64,000 bases of DNA from Candidatus Latescibacterota bacterium. GTDB taxonomy: Bacteria; Latescibacterota; UBA2968; UBA8231. The notes beneath the pieces were generated by a model that worked only from the letters and a program-made list of their open reading frames with translations, had not been told where the DNA came from and searched no databases. Position 1 is the first letter of the stretch. Every line of letters starts with the position of its first letter. The translations under genes were made by a program, and so were the position numbers. This document shows positions 30,529-38,960 of the stretch, one piece after another. The stretch is taken from the NCBI GenBank assembly GCA_965217585.1, contig OZ244561.1:6880001-6944000 (forward strand), in the 5' to 3' direction.

Positions 30529-31782
30529 ATGACTGCCAAAATTACCCACGTCGCACGCTTCACCCTACAGGTGCCGTTTGTCGAGCGCGTCCGCCGCGAG
30601 ATGGAACGCGCCGGCATCCACACCTGGTCCGAGCTTGAGATCACCCGCGTCGAAACCGACGCCGGCGTCGTCGGCTGGGGCGAGACCATTCAGAACTACA
30701 CCTGGGGTCGCGTCCAAACCCACGAGCGCGTCCTCGGCCAATCGCCCTTTGCTATCATGTGGGACGACTCGTTGGGTGCCGGCCTACAGATGGCCCTCTT
30801 CGACGCTGCGGGCAAACTGGCCGGCGTGCCGCTCTATAAGCTGTTGGGCACCAAGTGCCGCGACTGGTGCGCCATTTCGTTTTGGGATCACGATATGTCG
30901 CCGGAGCGCTACGCCATTGAGGCGCAAACCGCAGTCGAACTCGGCTACACCTGCATAAAGATCAAGACCCGGCCGTGGTTCGACGTCCGTGAGACCATCC
31001 GCCAAATCAGCGCTGTCACTCCCGAGCACTTCCGCATCGACGCCGACTGGAACGCCTTTTTGAACAACGCCTCCAACGCCATCCCCTTGCTGCGCGAGCT
31101 GGAGCAGACCTTCCCCAAAATCAAAATTTTCGAAGACCCAATCCCGCGCCACGACGCCTCCGGCAACCGCTTCCTGCGCACTCAGATCAGCACTGCCATC
31201 GCCCACCACTACGGCGTGATCCACCCCCGCGAGGCCATGGAGCTAGGCGGCGTCTGCGACGGCTGGATCTTGGGCGGCGGCGTCAACGGGATCACCAGCC
31301 AAGGCAGCACTTGCGCGGCGCTGCGCATGCCTTTCTTCCTGCAAATGGTCGGTGCCGGGCCAACCACCGCCCTTTCGCTGCACCTGAGCGCGGTGCTAGT
31401 CCAAGCCCAGTGGCCGACCATCACCTGCCACGAGCTATACGAGCATAGCCTGCTCAAACAGCGGATTGAGGTCATCGGCGGCCACGCTCGAGTGCCCGAA
31501 GCGCCGGGTTTGGGCATTGAGATCGACGAAGAGGCGCTGGCAAAGTACCGCGTCGATCAAGCCGACCACAGCCTGCCCAAACGGCTGGTCAAGGTCACCC
31601 GCGCCGGCGGCATCAACATCTACTTTGCCAACTCGGGACAGAAGTGGACCTTCTTCCAAGGCGGCAACCACCCCGTTGACGAATGGGGATCGAGCACCGA
31701 GCTAGTCGATGACGACGGCAGCGCCGAATTCGCCGACCTCTACTCCCGCGCTGCCGAGTCGCCAGTGCTGACGGCGGAATGA
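30529..31782 (+). CDS. Mandelate racemase/muconate lactonizing (enolase superfamily) enzyme
   Basis: VETDAGVVGWGE, ALFDAAGK..GVPLYKLLG, KIK, DADWN, FEDP, PGLGIEIDEE. Confidence 0.88.
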   Translation: MTAKITHVARFTLQVPFVERVRREMERAGIHTWSELEITRVETDAGVVGWGETIQNYTWGRVQTHERVLGQSPFAIMWDDSLGAGLQMALFDAAGKLAGVPLYKLLGTKCRDWCAISFWDHDMSPERYAIEAQTAVELGYTCIKIKTRPWFDVRETIRQISAVTPEHFRIDADWNAFLNNASNAIPLLRELEQTFPKIKIFEDPIPRHDASGNRFLRTQISTAIAHHYGVIHPREAMELGGVCDGWILGGGVNGITSQGSTCAALRMPFFLQMVGAGPTTALSLHLSAVLVQAQWPTITCHELYEHSLLKQRIEVIGGHARVPEAPGLGIEIDEEALAKYRVDQADHSLPKRLVKVTRAGGINIYFANSGQKWTFFQGGNHPVDEWGSSTELVDDDGSAEFADLYSRAAESPVLTAE

Positions 31783-31806
31783 GGCCGGCTGAGCGGCTAC
31801 ACGTAG

Positions 31807-31867
31807 GCGTATTTGTATCAGTTGCAGGCAGGTCGTCCTCGGACGTAAGATGATTGCCGTCAAATAG
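31807..31867 (+). pseudogene. Relic of a FlgD-Ig/T9SS-type C-terminal domain gene end
   Basis: YLYQLQAG (31810) then, in a shifted frame, RKMIAVK* (31844-31867). Parallels GVYIYRLHAG...RKLLLLR* of the 6690 gene. Confidence 0.45.
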
Positions 31868-31939
31868 GAGGGATTCATCTGTTTTCCCTTTTATATATCT
31901 GCCCAGCGGCCCGACCTGGTCGCCCCCATCAGCAGTTAC

Positions 31940-31990
31940 TTGCAAAAGGGCCGTCCTTAGTCTAATTCTGAGGACGGCCTATTTTTGCAA
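31940..31990. terminator. Bidirectional intrinsic terminator-like hairpin
   Basis: ttgcaaaag-ggccgtccttag-tctaatt-ctgaggacggcc-tatttttgcaa: 12-bp stem with A and T tracts on either side. Confidence 0.6.
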
Positions 31991-32112
31991 TATACTAAAT
32001 ATACTACATACTAATTGGAAGGATGAGGGCAAGGCGATAACGGCTTTTCCTACTCCAGATCAAGCCGCCTCTTGACCGAGTTCAAGGGGCGATTTATTTT
32101 ATATATCTCTCC

Positions 32113-33286
32113 GGCTTTGTTGCATGAAAACCGGCGGGGCCGTGTTGCCCCCTGTCTCGTGTGATTTATGCTTTTTTGGTTATCGGATAGGACTCGGGTT
32201 TGGCCAACGCCCGCATCCGGTTGAGCACGGCACAGCCCACCCGTGTTTCGGTCTGTTGGTGGGGTAGGGTTCGGGCACGCAAGGTGTCGCCGAGGATCTG
32301 TTTGTAGCGGCCGATCTGGGTTTCGACGATGGAGCGGCGATGATAGCCGCTGGTTTTTTTCCACGTTCGACGGCCCCGTTTACGGATGGTTCGGATCGTC
32401 TCATCGCGCGGCAACGGCTCGGCTTTGCGGTTGCCATGTTGCTCAATCTTGGCGTCTTTGCGCGGCGGAATGATCGGACGCATCGGCGGGCCCCGGTCTG
32501 GCGCGGCCAACGCCTCAAACACCTTGCGCCGATCATAGGCTCCATCCCCGCCCACCGCTCCGATGGGGGCTTCGACTTGATCCAGCAACGGCTCGACCTG
32601 CCCCGCATCATCTTGGCTATTCGTCGTCAAGGTCTGTGCAACGATCTCGCCGGTGGCTTCATCCACGCCGAGGTGCAATTTGCGCCACGTGCGCCGCTTG
32701 TTCCAGCCGTGCTGACGCACCTTCCACTCGCCTTCGCCATACACCTTCAACCCCGTCGCGTCGACGACCAAGTGCAGGGGTTGATCCTTGGGCTGTGTAG
32801 GCATCGCCACCGCCAAGTCGGCCTGACGCCGCGATAGGGTCGTGTGATCCGGCACCCGTACCGCCAAGCCCATCAAGGCCAACACCGAAGCGACGAACCC
32901 CTCGGTTTGGCGCAGCGGCAAGTGATACAAAAGCCGCAGCGTCAACGCCGTTTGGATGGCACCATCCGAAAAGGTATATTGGGCCCCCCGTTGGGGCGGC
33001 CCTTGATAATACCACGCTTCGACCGCTTGGGGCGTGAACCACACGGTCAAGCTACCGCGCTGTTGTAGCCCCGCATCGTAGTCCGGCCAATTACGCACCC
33101 GATACCCGACCTTCGAGCGACGGCGACAGGGCTTGACCGAAGACGGGCAAGACGATACGTTGGACATGACAGGTTCCTTGGAAGAGAAGGCATGGGTTTT
33201 TTAGCGAGAGTCGTGCTCAATCTACTGAGGAGCCTGTTTTTATTCAAACGAGCAACCGAAAAAACACCGATTCATGCACCAAAGCC
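32113..33286 (-). mobile_element. IS5 family (IS903 group) insertion sequence, 1174 bp
   Basis: Terminal IRs ggctttgttgcatgaa (32113-32128) and ttcatgcaccaaagcc (33271-33286), 15/16 match. Perfect 9-bp target duplication tatctctcc at 32104-32112 and 33287-33295. Confidence 0.95.
32166..33167 (-). CDS. IS5/IS903-group DDE transposase
   Basis: YRVRNWPDYDAGLQQRGSLTVW, VDATGLKVYGEGEW, WRKLHLGVD, GDGAYD, GYHRRSIVET. Confidence 0.95.
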   Translation of the reverse strand: MSNVSSCPSSVKPCRRRSKVGYRVRNWPDYDAGLQQRGSLTVWFTPQAVEAWYYQGPPQRGAQYTFSDGAIQTALTLRLLYHLPLRQTEGFVASVLALMGLAVRVPDHTTLSRRQADLAVAMPTQPKDQPLHLVVDATGLKVYGEGEWKVRQHGWNKRRTWRKLHLGVDEATGEIVAQTLTTNSQDDAGQVEPLLDQVEAPIGAVGGDGAYDRRKVFEALAAPDRGPPMRPIIPPRKDAKIEQHGNRKAEPLPRDETIRTIRKRGRRTWKKTSGYHRRSIVETQIGRYKQILGDTLRARTLPHQQTETRVGCAVLNRMRALAKPESYPITKKA

Positions 33287-33307
33287 TATCTCTCCTCGGA
33301 TACAATC

Positions 33308-33802
33308 ATGGGCAAATGGTTATCAAAGATAACAGAAGCAGCAGTGATATGGATTACAACAGCATTAATACAAATATCGTCCTGTTCATCAGACGACAAG
33401 CCAGAACCTATGTTTGCGAATGAGGAGTTTACGATAAATGAAGGGGAAACATATACCGGCACAATATGGTTAAATAAAAAATGGGGAACGCCTTTGCAAA
33501 TAGGATTGGTGACCGAAAACAGGGAAAGACAAGCAATGGCGTCGAATAATGACTATAAATTGAATCCGCAAACAATAGAATTTAAACCAGGAGAAAACGA
33601 ACAGAAATTTATAATAGAAGCTCTTAAGGACTCTCTGATAGAAGTGCAAGAAATAATCGTCTTGCGACTTTTCAATATAGAAGAAATGGAAAATTATACA
33701 TACTACGGATCAAGCTCAGGAAGAAGCAAAATAATTATAATGATTAATGACACAACTCCACGCAATAAAGAATCCGAAGAACTTCCGTGGGCATGGCCGT
33801 AG
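33308..33802 (+). CDS. AT-rich putative lipoprotein with Calx-beta-like domain
   Basis: Lipobox-like ISSCSSDD; F..EEFTINEG...DY.....IEFKPGE...D..IE..E...L.L...IIMIND pattern; strongly A-rich DNA. Confidence 0.65.
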   Translation: MGKWLSKITEAAVIWITTALIQISSCSSDDKPEPMFANEEFTINEGETYTGTIWLNKKWGTPLQIGLVTENRERQAMASNNDYKLNPQTIEFKPGENEQKFIIEALKDSLIEVQEIIVLRLFNIEEMENYTYYGSSSGRSKIIIMINDTTPRNKESEELPWAWP

Positions 33803-33948
33803 GAAATTGGGTCTTATTTTATATAAAGGCCAAAGTAAATAGTATATATTTCACCTAAGTGTGGAGTCGGCCGAAACCCTTCCCCTCCTCCGGCCATGCC
33901 CTCGCAACCATCCCCGGGCCGCAAGCCCCTCGATCGGAAAGTCGTCCC

Positions 33949-35385
33949 ATGCACTTTGACGCCTACGATCTCAACGCCGCAACCTACGATGAGATGTTCC
34001 TGCCCGACGGCACGCCCCGCCCACACTACCGCGAATTATACGACACCTTGTGCCGGCTCTCAGACGAGGAAATCGGCGCGATCCAAGAGCGAGTAACGCA
34101 CTCTTTCTCCACCGAAGGCATCACCTTCACCGTCTATGGCGACGACGAGGCCGACGAGCGCATCATTCCCATCGACTGCGTGCCCCGGCTCCTCTCGGCT
34201 GCCGAGTGGCAACATCTAGAAAGCGGCCTAACCCAGCGCATCGCTGCCCTGAACCGCTTCCTAGAGGACGTGTACAGCGAAGCCCGCATCATCGCCGATG
34301 GCGTGATCCCGACCGATGTGGTGCGCGGCTGTCCCCAGTACCACATCGAGATGCGCGGAGTCTCCGTCCCCCACGGCACGTGGGTCGCCGTCTGCGGCAC
34401 CGACCTAGTGCGCACCCAAGACGACGGCTTCGTAGTGCTTGAGGACAACCTACGAGTGCCCTCGGGCGTGTCCTATATGATCGCCAACCGCAAGGTGGTG
34501 AAGACCAGCTTGCGCCGCCTCTATCGGAGCTGCCGAGTGCGAGAGGTGGAGCACTACGGGCAAGTGTTCCTCCAGACTTTGCGCGACCTCGCCCCCGAGG
34601 GATGCACCGACCCCTGCATCGTCCTGCTCACGCCCGGAGTCTATAACTCGGCCTTTTACGAACATATGTTCCTAGCGCATGAGATTGGCGCATCACTCGT
34701 GGAAGGCCGCGACCTGCTAGTCAACGACGGCTTCGTGTACATGCGCACCACCACGGGGCTGCGGCGCGTCGATGTGATCTACCGCCGGGTGGACGACGAC
34801 TTCCTCGACCCCCTCGTCTTCCGCCCCGACTCCCTGCTCGGGGTGCCTGGGCTGCTGCACGCCTTTAAGCTCGGGCACGTGGCTTTAGCAAACGCACCGG
34901 GGACGGGCGTGGCCGACGACAAAAGCGTCTATGCCTACGTCCCTGACATGATCCGCTATTACCTAGGCGAGGAACCGATCCTCGCCAATGTGGAGACCCA
35001 CCTGTGCCGCCGGCCGGAGAGCCTAGAGTACACCCTCGACAACCTCGACAACCTCGTGGTGAAGCGCGTGGGCGAATCCGGCGGCTACGGTATGCTCATC
35101 GGTCCGCACGCAACACCCGCGGAGCGCACAGCCTACGCCGAGGAAATTCGCGCCGAGCCAGCCAATTTTATCTCCCAGCCGGTGCTCGCGCTCTCAAGCA
35201 CACCCTGCTTCATTGAGGGCCGCGCTGAGCCGCGCCATGTTGACCTGCGTCCTTTTGTCCTCCACGGCCGCGAGACCCGCATCGTGCCCGGGGCCTTCTG
35301 CCGCGTGGCGCTGCGCCGAGGCAGCCTCGTGGTCAATTCCAGCCAAGGCGGAGGCGGCAAGGACCTCTGGGTCCTGGAGGCCTGA
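33949..35385 (+). CDS. Circularly permuted type 2 ATP-grasp protein
   Basis: YDEMF, GITFTVY, VLEDNLRVPSGVSY, YRRVDDDFLDP, GESGGYG, PRHVDLRPF, VVNSSQGGGGKD. Start reset to 33949. Confidence 0.93.
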   Translation: MHFDAYDLNAATYDEMFLPDGTPRPHYRELYDTLCRLSDEEIGAIQERVTHSFSTEGITFTVYGDDEADERIIPIDCVPRLLSAAEWQHLESGLTQRIAALNRFLEDVYSEARIIADGVIPTDVVRGCPQYHIEMRGVSVPHGTWVAVCGTDLVRTQDDGFVVLEDNLRVPSGVSYMIANRKVVKTSLRRLYRSCRVREVEHYGQVFLQTLRDLAPEGCTDPCIVLLTPGVYNSAFYEHMFLAHEIGASLVEGRDLLVNDGFVYMRTTTGLRRVDVIYRRVDDDFLDPLVFRPDSLLGVPGLLHAFKLGHVALANAPGTGVADDKSVYAYVPDMIRYYLGEEPILANVETHLCRRPESLEYTLDNLDNLVVKRVGESGGYGMLIGPHATPAERTAYAEEIRAEPANFISQPVLALSSTPCFIEGRAEPRHVDLRPFVLHGRETRIVPGAFCRVALRRGSLVVNSSQGGGGKDLWVLEA

Positions 35386-36357
35386 ATGCTCTCGCGCAGC
35401 GCCCAAGGGCTGTACTGGATGGGCCGCTACCTCGAGCGGGCGGAACATCTGTGCCGCCTGTTGCGCTTGCAGGTAGAAACGCTGGTGGACCGGCCGATCT
35501 CTGAGATCCATTTTGGCTGGAGTCGGATCTACGGCTGCTTGGGGCGACGGCTACCCTTTGGGGGCGATTTCGAGTCCGACGAGAGCGACGACTACACCCT
35601 AGCCGATTCCTACACCCTAACGGACGACCTCACGTTCGAGCGCTCCAACCCCGATTCAGTCTGGAACTGCTTTTCCCTCGGCCGCGAGAACGCCCGCCAA
35701 GTGCGCCACTGCATCAGCGCCGAGATGTGGACCTGCCTGAACTTGGCCTGGCTGCGCATCCGCGACCTAAGTATCGAGAATATCTGGAAGGTCTCCCCGG
35801 AGAGCTTCTACGCGGAGACCTCGCGGGAAATCGACACCTTCACCGGGGTGGCCGACGCGACCATGTACCGCGACGAGGGCTGGCACTTCATGCGGCTCGG
35901 CCGTTTCATCGAGCACTCCCAACGGCTGGTCGCATTGCTCCTCGCTCAGTTCGCCGCCGGCCGCGCGCAGGGCGAAACCTCGGACACGGACTGGACGTGC
36001 CTGTTGCGCTCATGCCAAGCATTCGACGCCTACAAACGCAGCTACAGCGTCGAGATCCAGCCGGAGCGGGTGATAGATCTGCTCGTTACCGATCCTCTGC
36101 TGCCTGGGTCGCTGTGCCGCGTGCTCGACGCGCTAGCAGCAGAGCTGGCAGCCATCGGGGCGAGCCCTAACTCGCACGCTGGAGCCGAGGCCGAGCGGCT
36201 CGCCGGCCGACTGTGTACCCTAGTCTGCTACGAGTGGCCGGACCGGGAAGACCGGGAAGCACTTCTCGTGCAGGTGGGCGAGGAGTGCCGCAAGCTCCAC
36301 GCGCTCGTGACCACGGCGTATATCGATTATGCCGTCGAAGACTCTCCAGTCCACTAA
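35386..36357 (+). CDS. Alpha-E domain protein (DUF403)
   Basis: MLSR.A..LYWMGRYLERAE, RENARQVR..IS.EMW, RDEGWHFMRLGRFIE. Confidence 0.92.
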   Translation: MLSRSAQGLYWMGRYLERAEHLCRLLRLQVETLVDRPISEIHFGWSRIYGCLGRRLPFGGDFESDESDDYTLADSYTLTDDLTFERSNPDSVWNCFSLGRENARQVRHCISAEMWTCLNLAWLRIRDLSIENIWKVSPESFYAETSREIDTFTGVADATMYRDEGWHFMRLGRFIEHSQRLVALLLAQFAAGRAQGETSDTDWTCLLRSCQAFDAYKRSYSVEIQPERVIDLLVTDPLLPGSLCRVLDALAAELAAIGASPNSHAGAEAERLAGRLCTLVCYEWPDREDREALLVQVGEECRKLHALVTTAYIDYAVEDSPVH

Positions 36358-36361
36358 CGCC

Positions 36362-37231
36362 ATGACTGGAGCCGTCCGTTACGAGATCGAACACCTCTCT
36401 CGCTACTGCTACACAGCCCCAGCCCAGCAGTGCGTGATGCTCCTGTGTCTGGAGCCGCGCGAGGATCGAGGGCAGCGGCTCCTAGATTTTGCGATTGAGA
36501 CGCAACCTCCGGCCAACCTAAACCGCGAGACGGACTGTTTCGGCAACACGCGGCACCTCCTCGACCTCCACCAAGCGCACCAAATCTTGGAGATCACGAC
36601 CCGCTCCACGGTCGAAACAGTGCCCACCTCTCCGCTCCCAGCGCGCTTGCACCCCGCTGCCTGGGAAGAGATCCGCTCCCTTGGAGAATCGTGCGCCTAT
36701 TGGGACTTCACACACCCGAGCGCGCTGGTCCACCCCTCGCCCGCACTCGCCGCGTTCGTCGATCGGCATCGCATCGAACCTGTGGACGATCCGCTCGAAA
36801 GTCTGCTGCAACTGTCGCACACGCTCCACCACTGCTTGCACTACATCCCGGGCAGCACCACGACGGAATCCCCCGTCGAGCACATCCTCGAAACCGGTCG
36901 GGGCGTCTGCCAAGATTATGCCCACCTGATGATTGCCATCGCGCGTTCCTGGGACATCCCCGCCCGCTATGTTTCGGGCTACCTGAACCCCGGCGAGCAG
37001 GCACAAAGCAATGCCACACACGCTTGGGTCGAATGCCGACTGCCAGAGCTTGGCTGGGTCGGCTTCGATCCGACCAACCAGAGCTTCGCCGGCGAAGGGG
37101 GGAAAGTACACATCGCAGTAGGGCGCGATTACCGCGATGTGTCACCGACGCGCGGCGTCCTCCAAGGCGGAGGAGAAACCCGTCTCGAAGTCGATGTGCG
37201 GACGCGTTCCTTTCCTATTGAATCACCATAG
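36362..37231 (+). CDS. Transglutaminase family protein
   Basis: YEIEHLSRY.Y N-terminal domain, GVCQDYAH, PARYVSGY, HAWVE, GFDPTN, GRDYRDV. Confidence 0.92.
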   Translation: MTGAVRYEIEHLSRYCYTAPAQQCVMLLCLEPREDRGQRLLDFAIETQPPANLNRETDCFGNTRHLLDLHQAHQILEITTRSTVETVPTSPLPARLHPAAWEEIRSLGESCAYWDFTHPSALVHPSPALAAFVDRHRIEPVDDPLESLLQLSHTLHHCLHYIPGSTTTESPVEHILETGRGVCQDYAHLMIAIARSWDIPARYVSGYLNPGEQAQSNATHAWVECRLPELGWVGFDPTNQSFAGEGGKVHIAVGRDYRDVSPTRGVLQGGGETRLEVDVRTRSFPIESP

Positions 37232-37283
37232 GCATAGGTCTTAACTTGAGGGAAAATTCAACCACATCACATGGGAGGGAATT

Positions 37284-37724
37284 ATGAATACGCTCAAGCG
37301 AATTAGTGGCATATTTCTCGTCGTGATGGCGATTGCGGTCGCAGTTCACACCGTAGTCGAACCGCTCTATCACGTCTCCAGCGAAGGACAGCCGTACAGC
37401 CCGTTTTGGTCCATCTTGGACCGGTTGATGGCCCTAGCCATTGCGTTGGGCGTGATATTCGGCTACCTCCGCAAGAAAGCCGCTGACAGCGAGGGGGACA
37501 GCGGCGCGGTGACGCGCGAGTTTGTTGCCGCCAATGTGCAGTTCTACGGCTTTCTGTTCGTGGGCATCCTGTTCTTCTGGAACTGGTTTATCCTGCTCAG
37601 TCCTGCATTCACCGCCGCAGGAGGGAATACGGCCTCCCTCGTGTGGATCCTCATCGACGCCACCCTGCCACTGCTTGCGGGCGCGATGGGCGTGTTCCTG
37701 TTGCGCGGCAGTAGAGACAGCTAG
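37284..37724 (+). CDS. Hypothetical 4-TM membrane protein
   Basis: GGAGG RBS; four hydrophobic segments; 146 aa. Confidence 0.7.
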   Translation: MNTLKRISGIFLVVMAIAVAVHTVVEPLYHVSSEGQPYSPFWSILDRLMALAIALGVIFGYLRKKAADSEGDSGAVTREFVAANVQFYGFLFVGILFFWNWFILLSPAFTAAGGNTASLVWILIDATLPLLAGAMGVFLLRGSRDS

Positions 37725-37779
37725 GCCAGACGTTGCCAGTAGAATCAGTTCGATTTTAAAGACATGACCGAAACCATGC

Positions 37780-37825
37780 GCCCAAGCGAATTGCTTCTTA
37801 CAGATAATCCGCAATTCGCTTGGGC
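37780..37825. repeat. Perfect 15-bp inverted repeat straddling the Gfo gene stop codon
   Basis: gcccaagcgaattgc (37780-37794) / gcaattcgcttgggc (37811-37825), 16-nt loop. Confidence 0.8.
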
Positions 37826-38823
37826 TGTCCATCCACCGTCGTCTCCATCGCCGCAATCACCAACGCGAAACTCTGCAAATTATCTTCAATCCTCGTCGCC
37901 GACGCCTTGCCCCCCTCCAGCCAATCCACAAACTCCTTGAACAAATACTCGTGCCCTGCCCACTCCATCGCTGGTGCCCCATACACCTCCACCTCCTGCC
38001 CCACCCGATAAATCCGCACCTCGTCTCCCGCGCCTATCTCCACCGTCCCTTCCTCGAACTCCAAGCGATAGTACTCGCTGTGCCAACAACTCTTAATCCC
38101 CGCCGCCGAACTGTTCCCCTCGTATGCAGTATGCACTCCATTGTCCATCCTCATCAGATAAAATCCGCTCGAATAGTGTTTAAAGCTCGACCACGCCGGG
38201 TTCCACCCAAATCCTTGAAACACCTCGCAATTCCCCCCCGACAAAAAGCGCATCATGTCGAAGTGATGCACCGAACCTTCAAAGAGCAGGCTGAAATCCA
38301 TGTCGTGTCGCCACTCCTTGCCCCACGACTTGTATTCGCGATAGTCGCAGGCGTAGCGGCCAAAGATGTGCTGTAGCCGCCCCAATCGCCCTTCCTCGCG
38401 AATCCGCACCACCTCCTGCTTGTTGGGCGCGTAGCGGTAATTCTGGATAATCGCGCACGGCAGCCCCGTCTCCTCGGCCTTAGCTGCCATCGCCTTGGCC
38501 GCTGCTAACGTATCGGCAATCGGCTTCTCGCAAATAACCGGCAGCCCCGCTTCCAGCGCGGCAATGGCCTGCGGGCTGTGGAACTGCGGCGGGGTGGCAA
38601 TGCCGCAGAAATCGGCCTGCACCTTGGCGCAAGCCTCTTCGCAATCGGTAAAGAGCTGATCGGCCCCCAAACCGAGCTTGGCCCCTTGAGCCGCGAGCAC
38701 TTCCTCGTTGACATCCACCAGCCCGACGATCTGGATTCTGTCGCCGAGGCGCTGAGTCATCCGCTCGATCCAGCTCCCAGCCATGCCGCTGGCACCGATC
38801 ATCAAACACGTCTTAACTGCCAT
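37798..38823 (-). CDS. Gfo/Idh/MocA family oxidoreductase
   Basis: IGASGMA, ATPPQFH, VICEKP, QNYRY, EGSVHHFD. Confidence 0.9.
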   Translation of the reverse strand: MAVKTCLMIGASGMAGSWIERMTQRLGDRIQIVGLVDVNEEVLAAQGAKLGLGADQLFTDCEEACAKVQADFCGIATPPQFHSPQAIAALEAGLPVICEKPIADTLAAAKAMAAKAEETGLPCAIIQNYRYAPNKQEVVRIREEGRLGRLQHIFGRYACDYREYKSWGKEWRHDMDFSLLFEGSVHHFDMMRFLSGGNCEVFQGFGWNPAWSSFKHYSSGFYLMRMDNGVHTAYEGNSSAAGIKSCWHSEYYRLEFEEGTVEIGAGDEVRIYRVGQEVEVYGAPAMEWAGHEYLFKEFVDWLEGGKASATRIEDNLQSFALVIAAMETTVDGQPKRIADYL

Positions 38824-38960
38824 GACACTCCCTTTCTATCAATTGTAACACAATGGCCACATGAATTTAAGGTCCGACAAGCGATGCAAAATTCCTTATA
38901 ATAGGTGTTTCTTTATAAAGCGCCTCTTTTATCCACATCCCCAAATTGAACGGCAAACGC

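Noticed and set aside
33949-37231. ATP-grasp/alpha-E/transglutaminase triad as a brand-new system
   Set aside because: Already described computationally as a widespread operon; only the variant context is reported.
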